64,000 nucleotides of DNA from Candidatus Magasanikiibacteriota bacterium. GTDB taxonomy: Bacteria > Patescibacteriota > Patescibacteriia > Magasanikbacterales > UBA922. Positions 8,654 to 18,814 of the stretch are shown piece by piece. Position numbers and translations under genes: made by a program. Under the pieces are notes generated by a model. That model was not told the DNA's origin and made no database searches. It worked only from the letters and a program-made list of their open reading frames with translations. Each line of letters opens with the position of its first letter. Positions within the stretch are counted from its first letter, which is position 1. Location of the stretch: positions 29,043-93,042 of the forward strand of contig JABIBU010000013.1 in the NCBI GenBank assembly GCA_018652595.1, in the 5' to 3' direction.

Positions 8654-9907
8654 CTAACTAAACATCAGCCATTCTGGCTTAAACACAAGTAAAATACCTA
8701 AAATTAAAATCATTAGACCAGCAACAAGATTGGTATATTTTGCATATTTGGATCCAAGTACTTTTGACTTGAGAGTAATCATAGCAATAGCAAATATAAT
8801 CATGTCATCTAACATGTAAAAGAAAATATAGCCCAACATATAGAGATATTTCTTCCACATTGGCAAGTCAGACATTGATAGCACCTGAGTAAAGATTGCA
8901 GGAAAACCAGCGCTACAAGCCAGCTCTACTAGATTTACAGAAAATCCCAATATCAAAATACCCAATATTGACCACCAAAGACTCTTGCGATAGACAATGT
9001 CTTTTATTTTATCAAAAGTATTTTTTGCTCCTTCATTTTTGGAAACTTTACAGACTACACCATCTGTCTTGCGATTTTTCCAAAAATCCCAAATATTTTT
9101 ACCACCAACTCCCACAGCAATACTACCAATAAGTATTCTGACCAACAGAATCATTCCAATAAAAGTTAAAAACTGCAACCAAGCTGCCATGAAGAAAAAA
9201 TAAACCGCTCCCGAAGCAACTATAAATATAGAACCCAAAAGCCACATCCTTCTCTTATCTTCCATACCAAGAAGAAGTGAGATCAAAAATAACAATACCC
9301 ACATAGCACATGGGTTAAACCCATCAAGTAGTCCAATAATTATAGTCAAAACTGGCAAAGAAAATGTTTTGGTATTTATCTCACCCAAAAGAGGAATATT
9401 TATAATTCCAGATCTATCCTCTACTTCTTGAACCTCGCCATTTAAACCTCTTTCATTTATTTTACGCTCTATTGTTTCTAAAATCTGCTTTCCCGTGGTC
9501 TTATCATTTCCATATCCATAAACAACCTCCCCATCTATCAGCGTTAGTGGCACACCCTTAACATCTACGTTATAGTAAAATCCATACTGTTGGAATAATT
9601 CCTGATTTCCAGGTTCGCTTATTTCATAAAGCTGAAAATCTACAAATTCATCGTATTCTTTACGCAATTTTTTATCAATAAATTTTATCTCGTCTTTACA
9701 ATGAGGGCAAGTCTCGGAGTGAAATAAAATAAACTCAACTTTATTTTCTCCTTCAATATTTTTGTTAACACCCTCTTCTGTGGCTGCCAAGCTAAAAACA
9801 GGACTCAACAAAGCCACTAAAGTTATAGATACAATTAGAAATTTTATTTTACTCATAAGTAATTTTAATATCATACTTATTATATATGATATAGTTATAT
9901 ATGTCAA
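8654..9907 (-). CDS. Thiol:disulfide interchange protein, a thioredoxin-fold domain fused to a CcdA/DsbD-type transmembrane domain
   Basis: Signal/TM segment, then a CPHC thioredoxin motif, then a CcdA signature (LLDGFNPCAMWV) and a second TM Cys (LACSAGFP). Confidence 0.6.
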   Translation of the reverse strand: MTYITISYIISMILKLLMSKIKFLIVSITLVALLSPVFSLAATEEGVNKNIEGENKVEFILFHSETCPHCKDEIKFIDKKLRKEYDEFVDFQLYEISEPGNQELFQQYGFYYNVDVKGVPLTLIDGEVVYGYGNDKTTGKQILETIERKINERGLNGEVQEVEDRSGIINIPLLGEINTKTFSLPVLTIIIGLLDGFNPCAMWVLLFLISLLLGMEDKRRMWLLGSIFIVASGAVYFFFMAAWLQFLTFIGMILLVRILIGSIAVGVGGKNIWDFWKNRKTDGVVCKVSKNEGAKNTFDKIKDIVYRKSLWWSILGILILGFSVNLVELACSAGFPAIFTQVLSMSDLPMWKKYLYMLGYIFFYMLDDMIIFAIAMITLKSKVLGSKYAKYTNLVAGLMILILGILLVFKPEWLMFS

Positions 9908-9912
9908 AAATA

Positions 9913-10776
9913 TTAAACTAGCAAATTATTCCAATCAGCAACAAACTTTTCAATCCCCTTGTCTGTCAAATCGTGTTGGATGTTGTACTGCATATAATTT
10001 TTATTAAGATCCATATCTTCATAAGGTATTGGCGCCAAATCTCCTGGTTCATATTGCCAATCTTCAGAAGGTAATTCAAAATTGTTTTCTGCCCACTCAC
10101 GCAATATTTTGCCAGGCACAGTGACAAGATCAGATTCAAGCTGTAAGCAACGTAAAAAATGCTCATAACTACGCGCACTGGCCGCCAAAACCTCTACATG
10201 TCCATCCCCCGCTCTATACATTTTCAATACATTTTTTATATAACTCATACCATCCAAATCAATATCATCGAGTCGGCCAATAAATGGAGACAGGAACACC
10301 TGGCCTTTCTTAGCGCCATTTGTGGCAGCATACACTCCGGCAGCTTGACTCTGATTAAAGATAAGTGTCATGTTCACATCCACACCCTCTCTAACCAATG
10401 TTTCAGCCGCTTTTAGACCTTCAGATGTCAAAGGAAGCTTGATATGTGCACTATCTATCCAAGTATTCATCTCTCTAGCTTGTTTTAGCATTTCCTCTGC
10501 TGAAGTATTTGCATCAGCATAAACTTCAACTGAAACGGATTTACCAGGAATCAAAGCTGAAATGTCTTGAATAATCTTTTTGTATTCAGCATAAATCTCC
10601 TCTTTGGTATATTTTTCACCTTTGGAAATTTTCTCTTGAACTTCTGGGCTCTTGGCAAAAAGCGATGGATTCGTAGTTTGTCCATCAAGAAATCCTAATA
10701 AATCTAGCATCTCCTTGGTTTCTTTTGGGTCACCACTATCTAAAAAAATCTGTGTTTTTAGTCCTTCTGGTTTCAT
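9913..10776 (-). CDS. tal: Transaldolase
   Basis: FLDSGD...DGQTTNPSL and the rest of the transaldolase/FSA-family core. Confidence 0.75.
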   Translation of the reverse strand: MKPEGLKTQIFLDSGDPKETKEMLDLLGFLDGQTTNPSLFAKSPEVQEKISKGEKYTKEEIYAEYKKIIQDISALIPGKSVSVEVYADANTSAEEMLKQAREMNTWIDSAHIKLPLTSEGLKAAETLVREGVDVNMTLIFNQSQAAGVYAATNGAKKGQVFLSPFIGRLDDIDLDGMSYIKNVLKMYRAGDGHVEVLAASARSYEHFLRCLQLESDLVTVPGKILREWAENNFELPSEDWQYEPGDLAPIPYEDMDLNKNYMQYNIQHDLTDKGIEKFVADWNNLLV

Positions 10777-10915
10777 ATTATATCTTTTTTTAATATTAAA
10801 GTGTGGGTATTATAAAGAAAATAATATACTTAGTCAACTTATCCACATTGCTTATATAATTAAAATATTATATAATACCACATAAGTATGAATTAAAATA
10901 TTTAACTAGAAAACT

Positions 10916-11506
10916 ATGGAAAAAATACACGAATGCCATCCGAGCAATCTAATTGGCAAAAAAGTTTGCGATTGTGAACTTGAGTGCTTTCACGAAAACC
11001 AAATTAAGAAGATCAAACTATCTGATTACAAAGACAAGTGGACTGTTCTTTTCTTTTACCCAGCGGACTTTACCTTTGTCTGCCCAACCGAATTAGAGGA
11101 ATTAGCTGATATGTACGAAGAATTCAAAAATATTAATACTGAAATCATCAGTGTAAGTACTGATACTGTATTTGTACACAAAGCTTGGTATGACAATTCA
11201 CCTGCCATTGGTAAAATAAAATTCCCTATGGTGGCAGATCCAACCGGCAGACTTTGTAAATCTTTAGGAACTTACATTCCAGAAGAAGGCCTATCTTGGC
11301 GTGCTACTTTTATTATTGATCCAGAAGGAAAAATAAAGGCCTATGAAATTCATAATAACGATATTGGGCGCAGTGCCAAAGAATTATTTAGGAAAATACA
11401 AGCAGCCCAGTACGTAGCTGAAAACAATGGCGAAGTCTGCCCAGCCAGATGGCAACCAGGTGACAAAACACTAACACCTGGATTAGATTTGGTTGGTAAG
11501 CTATAA
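10916..11506 (+). CDS. Peroxiredoxin (AhpC/TSA family, 2-Cys type)
   Basis: FFYPADFTFVCPTE peroxidatic motif plus a C-terminal resolving Cys (EVCPARW). Confidence 0.8.
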   Translation: MEKIHECHPSNLIGKKVCDCELECFHENQIKKIKLSDYKDKWTVLFFYPADFTFVCPTELEELADMYEEFKNINTEIISVSTDTVFVHKAWYDNSPAIGKIKFPMVADPTGRLCKSLGTYIPEEGLSWRATFIIDPEGKIKAYEIHNNDIGRSAKELFRKIQAAQYVAENNGEVCPARWQPGDKTLTPGLDLVGKL

Positions 11507-11546
11507 TCTAAATACCTACAACCTAATCAACATAAAACCTAAATCT

Positions 11547-12125
11547 ATGTTTGAACTAAGAAAACTAAATTATAGCTACGATGCGCTAGAACCGCATTTG
11601 GATGCCAAAACCATGGAAATCCATTATTCCAAGCATCACCAGGCTTACCTAGATAATTTTAATAAGGTATTAGAAAATTATCCTGAAATACAAGGCAAAT
11701 CTGCCGAAGATATTTTGCGTGAATTAAATAATTTGAAAGTATCTGATAGTGATAGAAGTAAAATTCGCAATCATGGCGGTGGATATCTAAATCACAACAT
11801 TTTCTGGGCAAGTATGTCACCAGAAAAACAAATAGATGCGGAATTAGTGAAAGAAATTGAGGAAATATTTGTTTCATTAGAAAGCTTCAAAGAACTATTT
11901 GGAAATATAGCAAAAACCCATTTCGGGGCTGGTTGGGCCTGGCTCGTACGCAATACCGAAGGAAAATTAGAAGTTTATTCCCTACCAAACCAAGATTCAC
12001 CCTACACTTTAGGACACGAACCTATTCTAAATCTAGATATTTGGGAACATGCATATTACTTGAAGTATAAAAATAAACGCGCCGATTTTGTAGATGCTTG
12101 GTGGAATGTGGTAACTGTCATTTAA
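11547..12125 (+). CDS. Fe/Mn superoxide dismutase
   Basis: YSYDALEPH..HH.AY, HGGGYLNHNIFW and DIWEHAYYL motifs. The track ORF starts at 11493, but the likely start is MFELRKL at 11547. Confidence 0.85.
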   Translation: MFELRKLNYSYDALEPHLDAKTMEIHYSKHHQAYLDNFNKVLENYPEIQGKSAEDILRELNNLKVSDSDRSKIRNHGGGYLNHNIFWASMSPEKQIDAELVKEIEEIFVSLESFKELFGNIAKTHFGAGWAWLVRNTEGKLEVYSLPNQDSPYTLGHEPILNLDIWEHAYYLKYKNKRADFVDAWWNVVTVI

Positions 12126-12211
12126 TACAGACATCACAGAAAAAAAGAATTGACCAGTATATTGGCCAATTCTTTTTTTGTATTTTATTACGTGTATCTT
12201 GTATTTTGTCA

Positions 12212-13711
12212 CTAGTAGTCTCGCAACTTACTAACTACATCAAAAGTTTGGATCTTCTCAAGTGCCTTGGCTTCAATCTGACGAATACGCTCACGAGTGA
12301 CATCAAATTCACGACCAACCTCTTCCAAAGTATGTGTAACACCATCTGTCAACCCAAAACGCATTTCCAAAATCTTTTGTTCACGTGGAGACAGATCTTT
12401 CATTGCGTCTTTTATATAATCTTTCAAAAGCTCTCTGCCAGCTGACTGTGAAGGACTGACTGTCTTTATGTCTTCGATAAAATCGGAAAGTGATGAATCA
12501 TCATCGTCATCATCCCCCACCGAGACCTCTAGAGAGACAGTATCTTGGGCTATCTTTATAATATGTTTGATTTTTACTATATCTTCACTCATCTCAGCGG
12601 CAAGCTCTTCTGGTGTAGGGTCGCGACCCAAATCCTGCAACAATCTACGCTGTGTTTGCTGAAAACGATTGATAGTCTCCACCATATGTACTGGAATACG
12701 AATTGTACGAGACTGATCTGCAAGAGCACGGGTAATGGCTTGGCGAATCCACCATGTAGCATAAGTAGAAAATTTGTAACCCTTTCGATAATCAAATTTC
12801 TTTACAGCACGAAACAAACCAATATTACCCTCTTGTATCAAATCAAGAAGGGAAAGTTGTTTACCAACAAACTTCTTTGCAATAGAAACAACTAAACGCA
12901 AGTTAGCCTCAATAAGCTTTCTATCAGCCGCTTTATCACCTCTTTCTTTGCGCTTGGCCAAAGAAACCTCTTGTTCAGCAGTAAGCAATGGAATCTTACC
13001 AATCTCACGCAAATACATTTGGATAGAATCCTGTGAAATAGAACCTAGATCAAAACCGCCACCCTGGGCAACGTCTGGTTGCTCACCTTGAAATTGCTCT
13101 AAAATTTCCCTTTTTTCTTCCACTCGCCCCAACAAACCTTCTTTTACTTCTACAACCGAAACACCAGCCTTATCAAGAGTAGTCAAGAAAGACTGAATCA
13201 ATTCTAAATGATATTCCACTCTAGGAAATAGCTGTAATATTTCAATTTCAGTCAAAAATCCTCTGTTTCTACCCTTGTCCACCAAATGCCAAAGTCTTTC
13301 CATACTAGGCTCTTCTATAACTTCTTCTGGAACTACAAAACCAGCCTTGGTTGTTTTTGGCTGTTTTTTTGGTGGTCTGCCCGATCTAACCTTGGCGGTC
13401 GAGGACCTACCCGCTTTAGACCTACGCACTGTAGATTTTACAGGTTTTTTTGTTATTTTCTTTTTTACCACTTTTTTCTTAGTGGCAACTTTTTTGGTAG
13501 TCCGTTTTAATGGCTTACGGACAGAGGTTTTTTTGGCACGAAGTTTTTTTATCGCAACCTTTTTTCTAGTAGTAGCTTTTCGAGCTACTTTCTTTACCAC
13601 TACTTTTTTTCGTGGCTTAGCTACTGGCTTTTTCTTGCTAGCAACTTTTTTTTGAGTTGTCTTCTTCTTGGCCACCTTAGCTTTTGAAGATACGGCTTTT
13701 TTTCTAGGCAT
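12212..13711 (-). CDS. rpoD: RNA polymerase sigma-70 factor RpoD with a lysine-rich, histone-H1-like N-terminal extension
   Basis: Regions 2-4 are present ([40 protein letters not shown]; ..[20 protein letters not shown]). The N-terminal ~125 aa are K/A/R/T repeats. Confidence 0.85.
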   Translation of the reverse strand: MPRKKAVSSKAKVAKKKTTQKKVASKKKPVAKPRKKVVVKKVARKATTRKKVAIKKLRAKKTSVRKPLKRTTKKVATKKKVVKKKITKKPVKSTVRRSKAGRSSTAKVRSGRPPKKQPKTTKAGFVVPEEVIEEPSMERLWHLVDKGRNRGFLTEIEILQLFPRVEYHLELIQSFLTTLDKAGVSVVEVKEGLLGRVEEKREILEQFQGEQPDVAQGGGFDLGSISQDSIQMYLREIGKIPLLTAEQEVSLAKRKERGDKAADRKLIEANLRLVVSIAKKFVGKQLSLLDLIQEGNIGLFRAVKKFDYRKGYKFSTYATWWIRQAITRALADQSRTIRIPVHMVETINRFQQTQRRLLQDLGRDPTPEELAAEMSEDIVKIKHIIKIAQDTVSLEVSVGDDDDDDSSLSDFIEDIKTVSPSQSAGRELLKDYIKDAMKDLSPREQKILEMRFGLTDGVTHTLEEVGREFDVTRERIRQIEAKALEKIQTFDVVSKLRDY

Positions 13712-13802
13712 GTAAAAAATTATTGCCTTATTATTCTTAATATTAGGATATTGGTACCTGCCTGCCGGCAGGAATTCGGATAAAATTCGTAAATTAGGAG
13801 TA

Positions 13803-15611
13803 TTATATCTTACTAAATTCTTCTGACAATTCTTTTAGTTTATCCTTATCCTTATTTCTTTCTGCTTTTTCAATCTCTGTTTGAATTTTCATCCTTCTTT
13901 TTTTCTTCCATTCCTCTGTGGCCTCAAAATACAAACTATCAAATTCTTTCTTTTCTGTACCCGTCCTCAAATCCGAAAATTCCCAGTCAGCCTTAAGTAA
14001 AAGAATATCGACTGGGTTCTCTTTTCCTTCGACAGAAAATTCCTGCCTTACTTTTTCTATATAGTTCTTACCGTCTTTAGTATACTCTTTTTTTATAACT
14101 TCGTAAAGGGCATTAAATTCGTCTGTTGATAAGATTTTTGCTTTATCCCCCGCGATAAAATCGGGTATTAGGCTGTCGAATTTGAAAATAAGACAAAATA
14201 ACCTTTCTAAGAGTAGATCGAGTCTATCTTTTTTGGTCTTAGTACTGCTTACTTTCTCATCTTTGGTCTCTGCTTTTGTATCCACCACCTTCAGCTTTTT
14301 CATTGTTTTAGTCTTTACTCGCAACATATCTTCGCGCAATACCGATACATCCACACCGATTCTACCCGAAAGCTCTCTTAGCCAATGATCTTTTTCTACG
14401 GCATAAGGAATTAGTGCTATTTCTGGTAAAATAGCATCGGCTACCTTTTGTTTTTGCTTATGATCTGACAAATCTATACCTAAAATATTTTTATCAAAAA
14501 ACCATTCCATCACATCCTGAGCATTTTTTACAGAATTAAACCAAACATCTGAATTTTTCTTCAAGCATTCGTCTGGATCCTTTCCTGCACCTTCTGGGAT
14601 TCTTATTACTTTTACTCTCATGCCTTCAATTAGAGCGATATCAATACCTCTTTTTGCTGCATTTTGTCCAGCTTCATCAGCGTCAAAAGCCATGTTTATA
14701 TTAGTAGAATAACGCTTCAACAATTTTACTTGCATTTCTGTAAGCGCTGTACCACTAGACGCAACTACATTTTTCATTCCAGCCTGACTACAGGCTACCA
14801 CATCCATTTGGCCCTCCACCATTACAATTAGATCTTGTGATTTTATATCTTTTTTTGCTTTATTTAGACCGTATATAATATTTGACTTGTCATAAATAAT
14901 TGTCTGTGGAGTATTTACATATTTACCGCCAGATCTATCTGTCTCTACCAAAACACGCCCTGTAAAACCCACCGCATCACCATGCACATTCCAAATTGGA
15001 AACATAATACGACCACGAAACCTATCATAAAAACCTTTACCACTTTGGGAATTGGCACCATCGCGTTTAATTGTTAGACCAGACGCAACCAAATCATCGA
15101 TACTAAAACCTTTTTTTAATAAATATTGTGTTAACAAATCCCATTGTTCTGGTACAAAACCTATTTTCCACTCCTCAATGGTCTCTTCTTTCAATCCCCT
15201 ATCTTTCAAATAATCCAATGCTAATTTTGAAGCCGGCATCTTTAAAAGAAAATTATGAAAAAATCTAGCAGCCTCGCCATTAATTTCTTTTAGACGATTT
15301 TTTTGACTAGAGTCGACATCTGATCTAAAAGTAGTAAGTTGGATACCAGCTCTATCGGCCAAATACTTTAGAGCTTCCTTGAAATCCATACCCTCTATTT
15401 CTTCCACGAAACTAAATATATCTCCGCCCTTGCCACAACCAAAACAATGCCAATTCTGACGTTCAGCATTTACCATAAAAGATGGGCTTTTTTCATTATG
15501 AAAAGGGCAAAGACCCTTTTTATTCACCCCAGACTGCTTTAGTTGGACATATTCCCCTACTAGCTCAGCCACATCTATTTTGTCCTTTATTTGTTGTACC
15601 TCATCTCCCAT
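13803..15611 (-). CDS. dnaG: DNA primase
   Basis: CHC2 zinc finger ([11 protein letters not shown]...HCFGCG) and a TOPRIM region (MVEGQMDV; D.D.AG). Confidence 0.85.
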   Translation of the reverse strand: MGDEVQQIKDKIDVAELVGEYVQLKQSGVNKKGLCPFHNEKSPSFMVNAERQNWHCFGCGKGGDIFSFVEEIEGMDFKEALKYLADRAGIQLTTFRSDVDSSQKNRLKEINGEAARFFHNFLLKMPASKLALDYLKDRGLKEETIEEWKIGFVPEQWDLLTQYLLKKGFSIDDLVASGLTIKRDGANSQSGKGFYDRFRGRIMFPIWNVHGDAVGFTGRVLVETDRSGGKYVNTPQTIIYDKSNIIYGLNKAKKDIKSQDLIVMVEGQMDVVACSQAGMKNVVASSGTALTEMQVKLLKRYSTNINMAFDADEAGQNAAKRGIDIALIEGMRVKVIRIPEGAGKDPDECLKKNSDVWFNSVKNAQDVMEWFFDKNILGIDLSDHKQKQKVADAILPEIALIPYAVEKDHWLRELSGRIGVDVSVLREDMLRVKTKTMKKLKVVDTKAETKDEKVSSTKTKKDRLDLLLERLFCLIFKFDSLIPDFIAGDKAKILSTDEFNALYEVIKKEYTKDGKNYIEKVRQEFSVEGKENPVDILLLKADWEFSDLRTGTEKKEFDSLYFEATEEWKKKRRMKIQTEIEKAERNKDKDKLKELSEEFSKI

Positions 15612-15701
15612 ATATGCTCATATTACCTTATTTGATACAAAAAGGCAAGAGACAAAAAAACTCTGCAAAAGCAGGTTTTTTCATTGGCTATTCATTAATT
15701 T

Positions 15702-17135
15702 TTATCCAAACTTTACGTCCTCATCACCAGACATATAGCCGGCGTCAGTCTTATAACCTTCTGTTTTTTTCTTTTCTTTTAGTGTCGGGATTTCGGGCTC
15801 AAAAAGATCTGCGATAAATTCAACTGGCAAACCAGATGGAGGCTCTGCAGCCTTTGCTTGGGATTTTTGCAATAGTGGAGTTTTTACATGTGACATCGGA
15901 AAGTGCCATACAGTGGCCAACTCTTCTGTATTTAAGATAAAAGGATTACTTCCAACTTTCAATTTACGTTTTTTATAAGCTTTCATTAATAAATTCTTTC
16001 GATAGATTGTGCGCCTTTCTTTCATAAAATAGGACACACTAATACCAAAATTTGGCACGATGGAATTGGAGCTGGGTACATTAAATTGATTAATAGCACC
16101 GATCATAGCATTGACCCCTCTCTCTGGACGAAAAACTTCTTTACGAGCTAAATATACTCCGCGCATTTTAGTTTTAAAACCAATCTTGCTAATTTTTTCT
16201 TCCATACCTGCTATCAATTTTGATTGCCCTGGTGTTATATCTAACATGTTTTTCTTTGCTTTCTCCTTGGCAGAGCCATCTTCTCCCTCAGACACTGGGG
16301 CACCTAATAATTGAGAATTTAATTCATCCCAACTTTTTCCCAATTCTTCAAACCTAAATGCTGAAAAAACACCTTTAGAACTAGAATCATCACCCATCAT
16401 CTCTCTAATTTTCTTTATTGCTTTTTCTTTCCAATCATTAGAGGTTGGTTCGATAATAATCTGAAACCACATCTGCTCACCTGAACCAATTCTAGAAAAA
16501 CTTTCCAAAAATGTTCCCATTGGATCTTTCAAAACAGTATCCTTGGAAATACTATGTTCGAATTCACTATAAAACCTAATCGGATAAGCATCGTTCTCGG
16601 CCAAGCCAAAATCAGATGCCCAAATATCATAATCTTTATCAGGAAATTTATCTGGAACACCAAATGTATAATCCTCTACCTCGACAACCTCGGCCTCTGG
16701 ATATTGAGCATATACAGATGTTTCGACTAGATCGCGGAATTTTTCTTCAGTTCTAATTAAAAATTGAATATAACCCTCAATACTGATAATTTCCAAACTA
16801 AACCAGCGTTGCTTATAGCCACCGCGAAAAGCATTTGCAATGTCTGGTTGGTCAAACGCACCAGCCAGATGTGCAAACATCTGCTCTACAGCCTTTGGAG
16901 TTTGGATATTCAGAGCTGGTATGTCTATTGCCAATACTACCCACTTCCAATCTGCCGTGTATTTATTTTCTCTATACTCTTGGTAAAAATTAATAGCAAC
17001 TGTCAAAAATAAACTAGAAATTATCACCCAACCAAACATCACAAACAAGCCTGCAATTATTTCCCAGGTACCTTGAGCAAAAAAATCTGAGATTCCCTCA
17101 AAACCCAAATTAATTGAATAAAATCCAAAATCCAT
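15702..17135 (-). CDS. Hypothetical protein with an N-terminal two-helix membrane anchor and a large soluble domain
   Basis: 477 aa. TM segments lie near residues 25-55 and 62-75; the C-terminus is K-rich. No catalytic motif was recognised. Confidence 0.4.
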   Translation of the reverse strand: MDFGFYSINLGFEGISDFFAQGTWEIIAGLFVMFGWVIISSLFLTVAINFYQEYRENKYTADWKWVVLAIDIPALNIQTPKAVEQMFAHLAGAFDQPDIANAFRGGYKQRWFSLEIISIEGYIQFLIRTEEKFRDLVETSVYAQYPEAEVVEVEDYTFGVPDKFPDKDYDIWASDFGLAENDAYPIRFYSEFEHSISKDTVLKDPMGTFLESFSRIGSGEQMWFQIIIEPTSNDWKEKAIKKIREMMGDDSSSKGVFSAFRFEELGKSWDELNSQLLGAPVSEGEDGSAKEKAKKNMLDITPGQSKLIAGMEEKISKIGFKTKMRGVYLARKEVFRPERGVNAMIGAINQFNVPSSNSIVPNFGISVSYFMKERRTIYRKNLLMKAYKKRKLKVGSNPFILNTEELATVWHFPMSHVKTPLLQKSQAKAAEPPSGLPVEFIADLFEPEIPTLKEKKKTEGYKTDAGYMSGDEDVKFG

Positions 17136-17138
17136 ATA

Positions 17139-17342
17139 CTAGGCTTCAACTAATTTATAAATCACAGCGTAGATTACTATCACACCCAGAGCCGTCCACC
17201 ACCAGCCAGATTTTCCAGAAGCATAACCAGACCACCAAGCCAGCATGCACACAGACATACCAAGAAATGAAACAAGGTGACGAATAAATTTATCAGACAT
17301 AATAAAAATGCTTAAAATGCCAAAAAAGCTTGAAACGCTCAA
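17139..17342 (-). CDS. Small membrane protein (2 TM, W-rich)
   Basis: 67 aa, directly downstream of a four-helix-bundle gene. Confidence 0.3.
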   Translation of the reverse strand: MSVSSFFGILSIFIMSDKFIRHLVSFLGMSVCMLAWWSGYASGKSGWWWTALGVIVIYAVIYKLVEA

Positions 17343-17740
17343 AAGGCTATCTCTCTAATGATTTTATTAATTTATAAAGTAAGTATCCAACTTCTCCTCT
17401 TTTATTTTCTATAAAATCAAATTGTTCTCGATTGATTATCTCTAATTCTTTTGTTAGTTCGAAATAACATTGACATTCGTTTAATGAACCTTTTGAAATA
17501 TATAAAAATTTTAAAAAATCTTTATCAGTTGGTTTTCCTCTTCCTTCTACTATATTTGCCATTACCGATACAGAGGATCTTCTCAATTGACTAGTTAAGC
17601 CACACAGTTCATCTTTCGGAAAAAGCTTGGTTAATTTATATACAAGTTTTACAAATTCCAAAGATCTTTCCCAAACCAATAGCTTATGATAATCTTGCAT
17701 ATACCTCCTTTTATATGTGGATTTCAAGCCTTTTGAGCAT
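17329..17740. repeat. Inverted-repeat-flanked cassette around the second four-helix-bundle gene
   Basis: The 12-bp perfect inverted repeat GCTCAAAAGGCT (17333-17344) / AGCCTTTTGAGC (17726-17737) brackets ORF 17347-17727. Confidence 0.4.
17347..17727 (-). CDS. Four-helix-bundle protein (23S rRNA IVS protein family), second paralog
   Basis: LLVWERSLEFVKLVYKLTKLFPKDE...MANIVEG...ECQCYFEL aligns with the protein at 2222-2584. The true start may be the internal MQDYHK. Confidence 0.65.
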   Translation of the reverse strand: MKSTYKRRYMQDYHKLLVWERSLEFVKLVYKLTKLFPKDELCGLTSQLRRSSVSVMANIVEGRGKPTDKDFLKFLYISKGSLNECQCYFELTKELEIINREQFDFIENKRGEVGYLLYKLIKSLER

Positions 17741-17820
17741 TTCCATCTTTTCAGGCTTTTCTATAGTATACCATAATTAAAAAACCCCCGAAAGGGGGTC
17801 GTGTAAAATATGTGCAAAAA

Positions 17821-18813
17821 TTACTTTCTTCTATGAGTTAATTCTTCCCAAACAACTAGCAGTGGGCTTGCCAAGAATATTGAAGAATATGTACCAGATG
17901 CAATACCGACTATTAGAGCTAGTGCGAAATACTTGATTGATTCACCACCAAACAAGAACAATGAGAATAATACAACTAGAGTGGTTACAGAAGTATTAAT
18001 AGAACGAAGTATTGTTTGATTTACACCCAAGTTTACCATCTCTGCAAATTTATCGGCGCTACGCTTGATCAGATTTTCACGAACACGATCAAATACTACG
18101 ATTGTATCATTTACAGAATAACCAAGAATTGTAAGCAGGGCCACCACAAAAGGAATTCCAATTTCCACATTCAAATATTTTCCAAGTAAGACGAAAATAC
18201 CCATAGTAAGAGTAACGTCGTGAATTAGTGCAATAACAGCTGAAATACCATATTTCCAAGACTTAACTGGCTTGGAGACCTTTCGAAAAGCGTAGGCCAC
18301 ATAAACAATAATAGCTATAACAACAGCAATTACAGCATATATAGCACGGCTCTTTAGTTGCGCACTGATAGCCGGTCCGATTGTTTCAATTCTTTCTTCC
18401 CAAACTTTGTTCTCTATTGCAAGTTCCACATCTGCAATATCTACACCCTCCTCCAATCCTTCACTTTCCAAAATAACAATCTCTTCGCTGGGAGATGTCT
18501 CAAAACTTTTTCTTAGATTGCTTAGAACTTCTTGGTGTTCATCCTCTCCCATGTACTGCACCCTGATGATCATTCCTTTTTCTCCTGTGGGCTGAATTAC
18601 TGGCTCACCAAGTCCTAAATCTAATTGACCCAGACTTTCCTTTACTTGATCAATTGTTGGGCGCTCACTGCTAAATGTTATCTCCATTAGAGAACCACCA
18701 GTAAAATCAATACCCGGGCGTAAGCCTATAGTAAAAATCAATATCAGACTAACAACAAATAGTACACTGGAAATTACAAATGGAACTTTTTTATACTTTA
18801 TTAAGTTAATCAT
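17821..18813 (-). CDS. secF: Protein translocase subunit SecF
   Basis: SecF topology, with a GIDFTGG motif and C-terminal TM segments. Confidence 0.85.
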   Translation of the reverse strand: MINLIKYKKVPFVISSVLFVVSLILIFTIGLRPGIDFTGGSLMEITFSSERPTIDQVKESLGQLDLGLGEPVIQPTGEKGMIIRVQYMGEDEHQEVLSNLRKSFETSPSEEIVILESEGLEEGVDIADVELAIENKVWEERIETIGPAISAQLKSRAIYAVIAVVIAIIVYVAYAFRKVSKPVKSWKYGISAVIALIHDVTLTMGIFVLLGKYLNVEIGIPFVVALLTILGYSVNDTIVVFDRVRENLIKRSADKFAEMVNLGVNQTILRSINTSVTTLVVLFSLFLFGGESIKYFALALIVGIASGTYSSIFLASPLLVVWEELTHRRK

Positions 18814-18814
18814 A

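Noticed and set aside
13275-13655. Plus-strand ORFs antisense to the rpoD polylysine tail
   Set aside because: Mirror-image ORFs created by AAR/TTY repeats; F/L-rich nonsense proteins.
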